Positions 12,617 through 27,511 are shown, counted from the first letter of the stretch. The stretch is DNA of 64,000 nt from Camelus dromedarius (GCF_036321535.1 NC_087444.1:77872001-77936000), one strand, 5' to 3'. Numbers and translations are program-made. Notes: generated from the letters alone by a model not told the origin.

Positions 12617-13649
12617 TCACAAGGACCCCAGACATCACCTGGAACTTCCTGGTCATTAGCCTGGGCAGAGGCACAAGTTTAACCAATCAGAACATTCAAG
12701 CCAGCTAGGTAGCCAAAGTGCAGATTCCGAGGCCCAGCTGGCAGTGCTAGGATGGAAGATGGGGCTGGACTTCCTTTTTTTTTTTTTTGGCCTGGAAATA
12801 TCCCTTCCTTTGGGAGTAGAACCCAACTCTTGCTTTTGAGGAACTACTTTTCTTTCCCTCTCATCCTCTAGCAAGTATTTTTCAAACCTGGAGATTTGAC
12901 CCATTCGAGGGTTGTGAAGTCGATTTTGTGAGTGGTGAGTGACCACCATTTTGAAAAGTGAAACAGTAGAAAATGATCAGAAAGTGTCCCATAATAAGAG
13001 GATAATAAGTTTCAAACCTTTCCTGTAATTAAAAAATGTGCATATATATGTATATGTGTGTGTCATGCGCCATAATATAAACATAATTTCTTACTGTGGA
13101 TCTCAGTTTTAAATGCTTGAAGTCTACTCCACTACCAGGGATGGGCCATTGACCCAGAAATGTCCAATCAGAGTCTCAGTGATTGGTTCAGGGACAAGCA
13201 TGTGACCCATTTTTGGTATCCAGGCCTGGGATTTTTGCTGGAATCATTGGAAGACTCCTCTCCTGGTAGAATGGGAGCCTGAAAATTCTCAGGGCCATCA
13301 TTGCCATCACAAGGGGAGGGTCTGTCTGAAAATGAAACCAGCCCACTGTTTAGGAGAGCTGAGAGATGTGGAATTCTGGAGACACTTTTGAGCATCTGGA
13401 TTCAGCCACATCTGAAGCTTGTGGCCCATAGACTTTCCATTATCAAACCAGCATTGTTACCTTTTTTAAAAAAAAAAGTTATATTTCTATTAATTGCAAA
13501 TCAAATTCTGATGAATACAATAGATCTTGTGGGGAGCACCATGAATTTGCATTTTAAAAAGGCACCCCAAGTAATTCTGCTACAATGTTACCTCAGGTAA
13601 TTCTGGAGCAAACTTGGAGAAAAAAACTAAGGGCAGAGCTAAATCTTTA

Positions 13650-14093
<444 letters not shown>

Positions 14094-14325
14094 CTACTGT
14101 ACACCCAGCCCCAGGCTAGGAGGGGTGCACTCTGGGTAGGAGAGAGATGACTACTTCTGGCAGACACGTGAGGAAACTGAGCCTCACTCGGTTACCTGGC
14201 TAGACTGTGAGGACTGGCTCACAGAGTCTCACCCCTGCTCTATCCCGGGCACCTGACTCCAGCTCAATATAAGGGTGGGAAGAGAAGGAGTCCTGCCCTC
14301 CCTGCAGCCCTGCCCTGGTCCATAC

Positions 14326-14391
14326 CCAACGTGGCAGCATGGTGTTGGGGGCTGTTGACGTTGAGGTGCAGGTAGTTGTGGTGCAGATTAT
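14326..14391 (-). CDS. SHISA7: SHISA7 66-nt cassette exon (DNLHHNYLHLNVNSPQHHAATL)
   Basis: Acceptor TCCCCACAG|AT, donor G|GTATGG. Symmetric phase 1-1, no stop. Resembles the recalled mouse segment DNLHYNVNSPKHHAATL. Confidence 0.85.
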
Positions 14392-14559
14392 CTGTGGGGA
14401 TAAGAGAGGAAGTGGATCACTGCATTGTCTGCTCCCAGCTGGCACTGCTGTCCTGGTCTTTTGGAAGGATCCCCACTCATTTCAACTTGGTCTGCAACTC
14501 TAGCCCCTCCTGCCTCCTGATTCTTTGCCCTGACTTGCTTCTCCCTCCTGCATCATCAG

Positions 14560-15525
14560 ACCAGCCTTCGGGCCACCTGGCCAGCCCACCTCCAAGGTCA
14601 GCTGCACTCTGGTACTCCTGACATGTATACCTACTCCTGCCCCTTAGCTGCTCGAACTCTTCCCAAGAGACACAGTTTAAAGTGGGGATGGTGTTTGAGG
14701 CCTGTGTGATTTGGCTCCAGCTGACATCTGCAGCCTCATCTCCCATCCCTCCCCTCAAGCCATGCTTCTCTCTGATACCCAAATGAGTCAATCTCAGTTA
14801 TGCCACCGGGCCTTTGCACATGCTGTTATGCTGTTCTCTCTCCTTTGAATCCCTTCTTTCCCTGAAGAACTACTCATCCCTCAAGATCCAGGTCAGGTGT
14901 CTTCCTTATCACTACTGTTCAAACCCATCTCCTCCCCTCCATTCCTGACTGCAGATCAGGCCCTGTATTTACTGCCTGCATCATCATCTCAGCCTCTTCC
15001 TGAGCCTTCTTCTGCTCACCTCTCCCCCTTCACAGGGGTTCCAGTGAAATAGTTCTTCCAACCTCTTCTGACTTGGCTACTCCCCTGCTCTAAACTTCTC
15101 CATGGCTCCCCATTGCCCTCAGGACAAAGGCAGAGCTCTTCAGCTCAGCCTGGAACTCATGGGACTTCCTGAGGTATCTGCCCACCCTCTCCTCTGCCTC
15201 AGCTCTCTGGCCACTTCACAAGCTGTGCTCCAGCCACTAAAAGCTCCTCCTGCCCAAGAAACTTCCCTCACCTTCCCAGCCACTGCTCCAGCATCACTTT
15301 CTTTGGGAGCCGCCTCCCCCTCACACCAGATGAGATCCTTTTCACCCTTTCAGCTACCTGGACTTCTCCACTTCTCCATCATAAGCTATAAGAATAACCA
15401 TAATATGAAATGAATACTGTTATGATTCTCATTTTATGGATGAGGAAACTGAGGCCCAGAGAAGTGAAGTCACTTGCCCCAGATCACAGTGGTAGAGTCA
15501 AGATTTGAGTCCAGGCGTCTGGCGC
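14560..15525. mobile_element. L2 fragment followed by MIR (~15410-15525), SHISA7 intron
   Basis: GGGCCTTTGCACATGCTGTT (L2). CATTTTATGGATGAGGAAACTGAGGCCCAGAGAAGTGAAGTCACTTGCCC (MIR core). Confidence 0.7.
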
Positions 15526-15602
15526 CCAATAAATTCTCATTAAATTACTAAATGTGTCCTTATGTGTCATTGGCTGTTGGGTGTTCTGACATGAATTTCT
15601 CA

Positions 15603-16193
<591 letters not shown>

Positions 16194-16199
16194 CTAATG

Positions 16200-17335
16200 T
16201 CAATCTGAGCACTGCCCCACTGCCACAAGGTCCCTCCGGCCACACTTCCGGCTTGAAGCGCCCCTTCCCTAGTTCATTTGGACTTCCCCTTCTGTGGTCC
16301 CTCCCACATCGTCCTCCCTGTGGCTCTGTCCCACCCTGAGCCTGGAACCTCAGTCCTCTTCTTTTTGCTGGCTTCCCCATGGCAATAAAGGGTGCTATGT
16401 GGACCCCAAACCTTAGACTCACTCTTGACTCCTCTTTTTTTTTTTTTTTTTCCCTCCACAGCCCTCAGCAATCCTGTGGATTCAACCTCCAAAATCTATC
16501 CCAACTTGGACTACTTCTCAACACCTCTACTGCTACCAGCACCATCTCTTACCATCAGTGCTACAGTCTCCTCACTGGCCTCCCGATTTCTGCCCTTGTC
16601 TCTTGCCCACTAGTTTCACACGCACAGCCCAGGAATCAGATGGTGACACACGGAGCTCAGGCACTCCAGTGGCTCCCTCATCACAGTTAGAATAAAGCTG
16701 GCTTCTGCCTGCTTCTCGCCCACTGCACTACTTCTCCTTCTCAGCTCTGGCCCACTGCACTCCAGCTGTACGGACCTCTTTGCGTCCTGCAGACACTCCA
16801 CCTCAGGGCCTTTGCACTTGCAGTTTCCTCTGTCTGGAATGCCCTTCCCACAGACATCTACTTGATTCTGCCTTTCCCTTCAAGTCTCTGCTCAGAGAGG
16901 CCTTTCCTGAGTGCTCCGTGTAAAACAACACCTTCTCTCCCACTCACAGCTTGTTATGCTGCTTTGCTTTCTTCGCAGCAGTCATCAGTATCTAAAGTAT
17001 ATTGCATATGTGTTTGCTTGCTTACTGTCTTGATAACAGTAGCCAACATTTGTTGCGGGCTTACCATCCAGGACGCCACATGAATCAACCCAGTTAATCT
17101 TCATTACAATCCGAATGAGTGGAGAACAATTATTAGCCCCATCTTGTAGGTAAGGAAACTGAGGCACAGAGAGGTTAAGCAACTTTCCCAGGGTCACACA
17201 GCCTGCAGGCAGCAGACCTGGGATTGGAAACCAGGTTTATCCATTAGTGCAGGGACTTTGTTTTGTTCACTACTATATCCTCAGCTCCTGGCCCACAGAA
17301 AGTGCTCAGGAAATATTTGTTGAATGAATGAAGGC
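16200..17335. mobile_element. L2 with embedded MIR (~17050-17260), SHISA7 intron
   Basis: CAGGGCCTTTGCACTTGCAGTTTCCTCTGTCTGGAATGC, MIR core GGAAACTGAGGCACAGAGAGG, and L2 end AAATATTTGTTGAATGAATGAA. Confidence 0.7.
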
Positions 17336-17529
17336 CTGAGCCTACCCCGTCACTCTGTAGCCTGCCACTTCAGTTACATGCATTCTCAGGCCCCGCCCAT
17401 CTCTCTAAAGCGTTCACTTCTGCGCTCCTGGTGGCTGCCTCCTCCGTCTCCAGCCACGCCCGCAACATTGCCCAGCACTCCCCAATGGCTCCGCCTCCCG
17501 TTGCCCAGGGCCCGTCCCCAGACTCCTCA

Positions 17530-18552
<1,023 letters not shown>

Positions 18553-18599
18553 TCAAAGCAAGTGATGAATGGGAGAGGGAAGCGTGGGAAAGTCGTCAG

Positions 18600-18607
18600 T
18601 GACGTCA
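18600..18607. promoter_or_regulatory. Perfect CRE palindrome TGACGTCA ~360 bp upstream of the SHISA7 ATG
   Basis: Sequence AGTCGTCAGTGACGTCAGGG, with an adjacent CGTCA half-site. Confidence 0.55.
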
Positions 18608-18962
18608 GGGATGCCAAGAAGTAAGAGGTGGACCAAAAACCAGCGGAAAGATGTGGTGGAGGGAGAAGAAACCACGGAGGCAGGTGAGGGAGAGAGGGTA
18701 GAGGGGAGGGTAAGGGGTGAGATGCGAGTGAGCGAGGGCAGAGATGCAGAGAGTGAGAGGTGGGCAGAGTGGGGAGGAGGTTGGGATGGGCCAGTGGGTG
18801 GGGGGAGGGAATGAAGGGAGACACGTGGGGAGGGCGAGGTGGGAGGAGTCAGGAGATGAGGAAGAGAGAGAAAGAAGAGTGGGTGGGGGGAGGAGAGAAG
18901 GAGAAAAAGAGATTGGAGTTGAGAGTCTGAGTTTATAGCCCAGGAGGGGTGAAGAGGCAGTG

Positions 18963-19168
18963 CAGGGTTTCTCAACCTGGGCACTACTGACGTTTGGAGA
19001 CAGAATGTACTTAGTTGTGGGGGCTCATCCTGTGCACTGCGGGATGTTTCTCAGCATCTTCCATGCCGGGAGCTTCCTCATTCTCCCGCATTGCGATAAC
19101 ATAAGATGCCTCCAGGAATTGCCAGATATCCCCCTGGGAGCCGCAGTTGCCCCGGGTTAGAACTGCTG
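18963..19168 (-). mobile_element. MER20 (hAT-Charlie) DNA transposon
   Basis: Termini CAGGGTTTCTCAACCTGGGCACTA ... GGGTTAGAACTGCTG. Confidence 0.75.
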
Positions 19169-20124
19169 GCTTAGACCCATCTGGTCCTCAGTTTCCTCCA
19201 GTGCTCATTTCTCTCCTTTGTTTAGGTCTGGTAATCAAGGGATCTCGAGCCTCAGCCCCCTCACCACCACGTCCACACACGGACACACACACTTGCCCTC
19301 TTAGAGTGTCAGATCTGAAGTGTCTCCTTGCACAGCTGGAGAGTCAGGGTAGCAGTGGTTTGTCTACAATCTCCACCACGTGCCAGGTGCCTGACACTGG
19401 ACAGGCTCTTACCTAAGTCCCCATGTGCCTCAGTTTCCCCCATCGATGGGGATAAGGATGGCTATCAGTGGGTGGACAGAAGGATGAACTGAGTTAACAT
19501 GTGTGGAAAGTTTAGGACAGTGCCTGGTCCAGCGCAGCTGCTATACTTCTATGAAAGGAGGGTGACACAGGATGAGGAGGAGCCACATGGGACAGGTCTG
19601 CCCAGCTGTTTCTAGGCAACAGCCCAGTAGGCGGGCTTCCTTCAGCCCTGTTTACTGAGGCTGGGGATGCAGCGGTGGATGAACCACAGGGCTCCGCCTG
19701 TCTTTATGGGGTTTGTGTTCCAGAGAGGGGAGACAGCCAGTACACAAATCAATGGGATGCATGTTGAAAACTATTCTGACGAAACATTAAGAAATTATGA
19801 AGGGAGTCATGAAGGAATGAAAGCAGTATGGGGGGTGTGAGAGAGGGTGGGTGGGTGGAACTAGTTTAACAAATGTTGTTCGTTATTATTTTTATCCTTT
19901 GTTCCTTTCCGCCGAGTGCATGTGTAGCTAGGCACCACACCGTTATCAACAAAACTGCTGGGGGTTGTGATGGGGGGAGAGTTATGGGGAGCTGGGGCTC
20001 CCAAGCCTCAATCCGCCTCTACCCTCTTCCACATGGGGCCTCAAATTTCCTTTTTAGCTCTGCCCTGGCCCCTCCTCTGAACTCCCCACAAGATCACCTA
20101 CTGGATGCCTCCAGTTGGTGTCAA

Positions 20125-20745
20125 AAGAGCATTTTGGAAGTGGCTTGGCCCACACTCTGCAAAGCAGTTTGGCAGTTCCTTAAAAGTTAAACGTAGAGTT
20201 ACCACATGACCTAGCAATTCCACTCCTAAGTATCTTTCCCAAAGAATTGAAAACATGTTCACACAAAAACATGAATGTTCATAGCAGCACGACTTATAAC
20301 AGCCCCAAAGTGGAGACCACCCAAATGTCCATTTGTTGAAGAATAGGTCAACAAAATGTGGTCTATCCATACAACGGAATAATATTCAGCCACGAAAAAG
20401 AATGAAGCACAGATACATTCTACATCACGAAGAACCTCAGAAACATTAAGAAAAGCCAGACACAAAAGGTCACATAGTGTATGATTCCATTTATATGAAA
20501 TGTCCACAACAGTCAAATCCATGCAGACAAAGCCAGTAAGTGTTTGTCTGGAGCTGGGGGTTGGAGGGAGGAGTGGGGAGTGACTGCTGAATGGGTTCAA
20601 GGCTTCCTTTTAGGGTGAAAAATGCTCTGGAATTAGATAGTGGTGGTAGTTACACAACATTATGAATTTATTACATGCCATTGAACTGGACACTTAAAAT
20701 GGTTAAAGTGGTAAATTTTATGTTATGTGTATTTTACCAGAGATT
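20125..20745 (+). mobile_element. L1MB-like 3' fragment
   Basis: GCAGTTCCTTAAAAGTTAAAC..GACCTAGCAATTCCACTCCTAAG..GGTTAAAGTGGTAAATTTTATGTTATGTG. Confidence 0.85.
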
Positions 20746-21888
20746 TCAAAACACCACTTACATATGTCAGTTGATGTCACTACTCCCCTGTTCAGACCAC
20801 CCACTGGCTTCCTGTCACATGAGAATGAAACCCAGACCCTTCTCCCAACTTCTTGTTCCTTCGTGCCCTCCTAGGCCCTGTGCCCAAGAGGCTTCCAGCT
20901 TCCAGCCTTTGCATTTGCTGCCCCCTTTGCCTGGGACCCCCTCCTGCAGATGCTGGTCTGGCTATGCCCTTCCCTTCCTCAGATGTCCCTCACGTGTCAT
21001 CTCCACGAGCCTCCCCTGCCCTGTCTAAATGGCCCCCCAGACACTTCCCACTTTTTCACAGCTCCCATCTCAACTGGCCACATTACATGTCTTCCCCACT
21101 AGACTGTAAACTCCACAAATCAGAGATTTTTAGACAAAAATAGTACGTGCTCTGTAAGTGTTTGTTGCATGGATGAATGTTGAAAGAAGTGTGAGAGGTT
21201 GATCTTCTCTCTCTTCCACACACACACACACACTTCAGATGAGGATGCTAAGGTTCCAAGAGGTCCCATTATTTGTCTGAGCCCCTCAGTGCAATAGAGC
21301 TGGGCTCTGAACTCAGGCTTCAGGGCACCACTCATAGACATGGGTGCCTTTATCCCACACAGAGAAACATGAGCTGACAAGCACATGGACACACCTCTTC
21401 CCAGAGTGACACATGCACGTGGTGATATGGATTCTTTCATTCATTGAGGGCTGCTACATATGGTTGGGCAGGTTGTGCACTGCACAAAGGGGTCTGGCTA
21501 AGAGGCTGGAATTCAGCTGGGCTCTCCTTCCTAAGGCATGCTGGTGGGGCTGCATCCATCTGCAGGAAGGGGCACCCTTTTGAAACATACACAAGGGTAC
21601 CGTCTGCCTGCTAAATCATAGATGCTGGGGAGCTGCCTTGGGCCAGGAGAGCCTTTGTGTCGTCTGCCCCACAGGGGCTAGCAGTTTGTCTGCTCAGTTC
21701 CCATGCTGTGCCAAGCCTTCAGCACAGCACAATTTCTCCCTTGGCCAACAGAGTCCCAATATCTCTTCCAACTGCACACAAATGTGCATGCCCAGGGAGA
21801 CACAGCTCCAGGCCATTGACAACTCCGGGGAGTGAAGCAGGTGGAGAAGTGGTATACATCCCCTCAGACCCAGCAACACACCCAGACG

Positions 21889-21891
<3 letters not shown>

Positions 21892-21923
<32 letters not shown>
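21892..21923. repeat. (CA)16 microsatellite
   Basis: Read directly from the sequence. Confidence 0.95.
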
Positions 21924-21925
<2 letters not shown>

Positions 21926-22914
21926 GCTCCTCTACCATTGGGGATCCCATAGCCTCCTGCCCCTGCCCCATACCTCTTGACATAGTTGCTGATCCAGACA
22001 CAAGGATACAGGGGATCAGTTCTTCCTTTATCTCACACAAAACTCTGCACAGACACACAACAGAGCTTGTATACACAGTGACCCAGAACACAGGACATCC
22101 ACACAGTGTCCCAGACACAACACACAATGACACCCAATATCATCCTGGTGGCACACCTGAGCCTCCTCCCCACATACATGGACATGCACAGAGCTCCATG
22201 TTGACACACAATCATGCCTTTTTGGGCATTCCCACCCACAGTACACAAGACCCAGATACAATCTTAGACATCCTGACACACCAGGACCACACACAACTCC
22301 AGAACATGGCCAGGGGCCTACCCCAGCTGGCTGCACATGGACACGCCATGGCACACATCACAACCCACCTCATGCAACCATGGGCACACACACCAGTGGG
22401 AACTGAGCTTTGTTGAGTCTGGAAGTAGGCATGTGACCCTCCACAAGACACGCCCAGATAGCCCCGCCCCCACTCCACCCCTACCCTTCCCCAACCCCGA
22501 TCTCACACATCCAAAGGCATTGTCCTCCTCCATGGCTGGAGAGAAATGGCCTCCCAACCCCAATCTCCTCCCTCCCGCACCATGCACACCCAGCTGCTCA
22601 GGGCCAGAGGTCTGGCTCTGCACCCAGCCCAGCCCAGAACCTGAAAGATACAGATGTGGGTACAGAGATCAGGGGAACCAGTGTGAGGAGGGGTCCCAGG
22701 TTAGGCCCCGCTGGGTCCCTGAGCTCCTGGAGAACCCCCTTACCCACCTGCTCCCCTGAGCAGCACTGTGCCCCACCTCTACCCCTATCCCTGACCCTCC
22801 TCTGGACCCTGCCAGCGGGGGGTAGGGGTGGGGCTGAGGGCTGCCTTCTGAGATGCCTGGGAGCAAAGAATGAGAGATACAGCAGGACCCAGGAGGAAGG
22901 GAGACTCAGGCCAG

Positions 22915-23360
22915 AGAGAAGGGGATAGAGACCCAGGGAGAGGGACAGAGACCCAGGGAGAGGGGGACAGAGACCCAGAGAGAGAGGAACAGAGACCCAG
23001 GGAGAGGGACAGAGACCCAGAAGGAGACAGACAGAGACCCAAGGAGAGAGGGAACAGAGACCCAGAAAGAGCGGGACAGAGACTCAGGGGGAGGGGGACA
23101 GAGACCCAGAAGGAGGGGGACAGAGATCCAGAAGGAGGGGGACAGAGACCCAGAGAGAGAGGGACAGAAATCCAGAGAGACTCAGGGAGAGAGGGATGGA
23201 GACCCAGGGAGAGAGGGACAGAGATGGAGAGAAGGGGGGTGTACAGATACCCAAAGAAAAGAGCACAGAGACCTGGGAGGGCAGAGACCCAGTGCGAGAG
23301 CAGTCGGGGAGCATTGAGGGAGACAAATACTGAGAGGAGGGTCAAAGACCCAGAGAACTG
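22915..23360. repeat. Purine-rich ~22-bp tandem repeat (GGGACAGAGACCCAGAGAGAG-like), ~16 copies
   Basis: AGAGACCCAG and variants recur every 20-23 nt. This explains the low-complexity ORFs 22870-23517 and 22785-23408. Confidence 0.9.
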
Positions 23361-24339
23361 GAGTTCAGAGTTGGAAGGAGAGAGAGAGGGAGCGAAAGAG
23401 AGAACCAAAGAGGGAAGGCAGAGACCCGCAGAGGGGAGGAGACCGAGTCAGAAGCCCAGATCTCAAGCATCTAGGGGCTGGAGAGGGGTCCGCAGGTGGC
23501 GGCGGGGTGGCGGCTGATGGTGCACGGGTGTCTAGGTAGAGAGGGAGAGGCCACGATGCACGGGGTCCGAGTACAAAGGGAGGGTCTTCTAGGAATATAT
23601 CCAGGGTTGAGAGTGGGTTTGGGGTAGGGCTGTGGAAAGCGGGCAATAGGAGGCGTGATTTGGGTTTAAGAGGAGGCGGACCCATCAGGTGGGGGAAAGC
23701 TGAGGGAGAAGGGGAGGTGTCCAAGTGGGGGGCGGCGATCCCAGTTCCGGGCTGGGGGAGGCTGGGTGGAGGGATCCTGCGCCGCCCCCAACTTGCCACC
23801 CGGGAGGCGGGGACTGAACGGGAGATGTGGACCCTCCCCACGTACTCCCCGCGGCCCGACCCCCCACCAAGTCCCTAGGCCTTCCTGTCTCTTGTGTCTC
23901 TGTCTCTGCGAGTCTCTGCGCCTCCCAGTCCTTCCTTTCTTCCGGGACCCCACCTCTCGCCGCCCCTCCCTCGGCCCGCCTGCGGGCCTCTCACCTCTAA
24001 CACGAGGTGCCCGGGTCACGGTCTCTGCCTCTCTCTCTCTACGTGTCTCATCGCATCTCTGCGTCTTTGAGTCGCTGCCCGACGTCTCTGTCTATCGCTC
24101 TCCCCTTTTCTGAGTCTCAGTTTTCTGTGCCAACATTCCCTCCTTCCCTCTGCCCCTTCAGTCTCTTTCTCTACATCTGTGTCTGCACCCTGTCTCCATA
24201 TCCCCATCTCTCTCTACCTCTTTGACTCCATGTCTCCATCGCTGTGTGTCTCTTTGCCAGGTTTGCTGTCTACAGATCTCTGTCCCTCTGAGTGTGTCTC
24301 CCCCGACCCCGGAACCCCAGTCTCCCTCCCTGGGCCCCC

Positions 24340-25260
24340 CCACTCTCACTCAGGCTGAGGTTGGAGGGGCGGGGTGGGGGGGCGCTGCGGCGGGAGCTGT
24401 GTGTTCTCAGCGCAAAATAGACTCCTGTTGCCATGGCGACGCGAGCGCGGCCTCCGAGACGCGAAGCTTCAGGCTGGGGGGTGAGAAGGGGGGACACCTG
24501 GATCCGGAAGGCGGGGGCCGGGGGCCCCGATGCCCGCTCCCAGGGGCTCCTGGAGGAGGGGTGAGGCTGGGACTCCTAGGTCCCTGCAGAGAGACGGGGG
24601 GTTGCTGGGAGCTCTCATGCCGAGGTCCGGTGACCTGACCTTCTGGGAGGGGTATGGGATCCAGGGTGGGGTGCTCTGATTCTCTGATGGGTGGCAGTCT
24701 GGCTGCGAGCTCTGACGCCTGGGTCCCTGAGGGAATCAGAGATTGCCTTTCTCAGCCCCCAACGTTGCGGATCGGTGTGGGGACTGAGATCCTGAAGGGG
24801 CTGAGAGGCTCTGACAGGAGGGTCCATAGAGTCCCGACTCCCAGATTTCCAAGGGGGCTGCAGAATTCTGGGAGCCCCCATGTGGATCCCCGGGCTTCTG
24901 CGTCTTAGGGAAGCAGGGACCACTCAGATGAAGCTGTCTCTCCTTCCCATCCATTCGTCCATTCATCCGCATGCTTGTCTCTTCCTTCCTCCCCGTCCCT
25001 AAGTCCCTCGAGCCTCAGTTTCCCCCTCCGCACCGGGTGCGGTCACGCTCACCTCACTTTCCGGATGCGGGACCCTGGGGGAGTCGGGGTGGCGGCGGCG
25101 TCGGGGGACGGCCGGGGGAGGCAGAGCGAGCGCGTGTCTGCGAGCCAACCCGGCTGGGCGTGCGCGCGCGCTGATAGGGGGGCGGCCGGCAGTGTTGGGC
25201 GACCCCAGGCCGGCAGTTCTTTTCCGTGCAGATGTGTGCCGGCTTCGGTGCAGACGTGAC
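24340..25260. promoter_or_regulatory. CpG-rich region, candidate distal SHISA7 promoter and non-coding first exon
   Basis: Dense CpG and GC boxes, X-box GTTGCCATGGCGAC at 24427-24440, and a minus-strand donor GAG|GTGAGC at 25052. Confidence 0.55.
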
Positions 25261-25424
25261 AGTCACCGGCCCTTGCTGCCTTTGCCTCGCACCGGCTTGG
25301 AGCTGGGAAGAGGCACCTCCCCCTCCACCTGCTGGGGTCCCCTCTTCCCCACGCCTGCAGCCCCAGGTCGCCCCCAGGATACCCCCCAAGCCCAAAAATG
25401 GTTCAGTCCACAGTCACATCAATG

Positions 25425-25430
25425 TTTATT
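25425..25430 (-). terminator. ISOC2: ISOC2 polyadenylation signal AATAAA
   Basis: Plus-strand TTTATT ~305 nt after the ISOC2 stop codon. Confidence 0.8.
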
Positions 25431-25734
25431 CTCTGAGTCCGGGTCCCACACAGTCTGTGACACTCCCTCCCCCTCCCCTTCCCGCCCCTTGAAGTGGCCC
25501 GGAGCCAAGCCCCACCTCCAGCTCAGCTCAGCCAACCCCTGTCCAGCTTCCAGGAGCCTTATTTACATTTCCGGGAGCTGCTGCCCAATAGAGAAGCAGC
25601 ACCCGCCTCGCCTCCTGAGGGGGCGGTACTCCCAGTGGACTGCACCACTCTTGGGATCCAAGGATGGGGGAAAGCGCTTCCACGAAGGTCCCAGCGACAA
25701 GAGGGTGGTCTCCCTTCAAGGCAGGGTAGGGAGT

Positions 25735-25815
25735 TCAGTGGAAGAGGGGGTTCTGGCCATTGAAGAGGCCCAGCAGCCCGCTGTCTGGGGTGGGATCCTT
25801 GATGATCTTCTGGAT
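25735..25815 (-). CDS. ISOC2: ISOC2 last coding exon (IQKIIKDPTPDSGLLGLFNGQNPLFH*)
   Basis: Acceptor CCCCCTACAG|ATC, TGA at 25735-25737, 81 nt. Below the ORF-track threshold, so translated by hand. Confidence 0.93.
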   Translation of the reverse strand: MQKIIKDPTPDSGLLGLFNGQNPLFH

Positions 25816-27393
25816 CTGTAGGGGGAAGAGGGGGAGTCAGGAAGAGTCAGGGGTCCCTGTCTCCATAACAGATCCATGACTTCTCCATTTTCATCTCCCT
25901 CGCCCTTTGGCAGCAATTGGCCAAACTAATCTCTTCCTCTTTGAAAAATTTACCTGGGGCCTCCCTTTCACCATAACCACCAGGGTTGGTTAGCTCTTGG
26001 TCCACCTTGCTGGTTTGGATCGCTAAGGGTGAATGGCTCTGTCCTGGGGCTCCTTGTCTATACCTGCTTCTATCCCTCAACTCTCAAATCCAGCCTGCAC
26101 TTTGCCCCTCAAATCTGGGCTCACTCATCCAACTGCCTCTTAGCTGTCAGTTGCCACTTGACCTCTCAACGTCATCGCCCCACTCCTACCCCCATCAGCA
26201 GACAGCTTGAGCATCTGTGCTCAAGCTGCAGCCTCCCTCTAGGCTGCCTTCTCACATATTGCACCCATCAACAATGCCTGTCATGCCTGTAACCTCCAGA
26301 AAGTAAAAAGTAAAAATAAGCAAAGCCTGTATCCCCTCTGCCTCCACCCTGATCTCCCCTCCTTTCTGCTACATATCCATTGGCCACCCAGCACCAAACA
26401 CAGATCAGACAGTGGTCATCTCCCCAGCGCAAAACCCCCATGGCTGTCCCTCCCCACCACACCAAAGTCTTTGGGAAGACTCTGCTCTGGCTCCTCCCTG
26501 TCTCCGCTCCTGTACTCAGCCAGGGCTCACCATGCCTCACTATGGTTCCTGGAATAAGTCAAGTTTAGTCCTACCTCCAGGCCTTTGCCCTAGCTCTTTC
26601 CTCTGCTAGGAACACTTTTTGGATGACTGGCTGCTCCACCCCTTCCAAGAGGTGCCTCCCTGCTGCCAGCCACCATCTGATTTCTCACACACTCCACACA
26701 TTCCCTCCCCAGCTCCAGGGTGCAATGTATAATTGAATGCAGATGCTTTTGCTATTGCCCCTGGACCTGCCACAGTGGCTGGCATATAGCAGTTGCTCAA
26801 TAAATGCTCAACAGAACTGAACCAAGAGGATGAGAATGGACAGACCTCAGAGGATCTCAGAGGAATTTGATATTCCAGGATGTCCCATTACCCGAAGGGC
26901 CAAGGGTGTGAAGCAGCAGAGGCTACCTGGTCAGACCTGGGTACTAGGAAGGCCACGTGGGTGATGGGTGTGGAGGCTGGACCTAATAGCCACAGATTGG
27001 AGGGGTTGGGTGGGTAGGGGTCAAGGGCTCCCACCTGCAGGGCCCCTGCTAGACTGTTCTTTCCCCTGTCTGCCTGGCTCCCACTCATCTTCAACTTGCT
27101 CTAAAATTGCCTTCTTCCAGGGGGCCTCTGGACCACCCTAGGCACCCCCTCCTCTGCACACCTTGCCCCTTCCCCTGATTTATCTCTCTCTCCAGTCCTC
27201 ATGGCCGTAGTACAGCTCCCTTCACTGATTTATGATGTTGACCCACAGTCTCCCCCACTAGAACTTAGCGCCACTGGAGGGGGCAGCCTGCTATGTTCCT
27301 GGATGTATTCTGCAAATATGCTACGGGTGCTAAAAAGATACCTGCCCTTTGCCTGGGGGGTCAGGGAGGTGTCGGGAACAGGGGGGTCAGTAC

Positions 27394-27511
27394 CTCCTTG
27401 AACTGGGGGTGGGCGGCATCACCCACGAGCTGCAGAATGAGTCCTTCACTGGTGGAGAGGAAGGCACCGCTCTGCCGCATCCGGGACAGTGCCACCAGCC
27501 GGTCCACCTGG
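27394..27511 (-). CDS. ISOC2: ISOC2 coding exon 4 ([39 protein letters not shown])
   Basis: Acceptor TTGCAG|C, donor GAG|GTAC. 118 nt, phase 2 to 0. Confidence 0.95.

Noticed and set aside
22785-23517. 207- and 215-aa ORFs
   Set aside because: Translations of the 22-bp tandem repeat.
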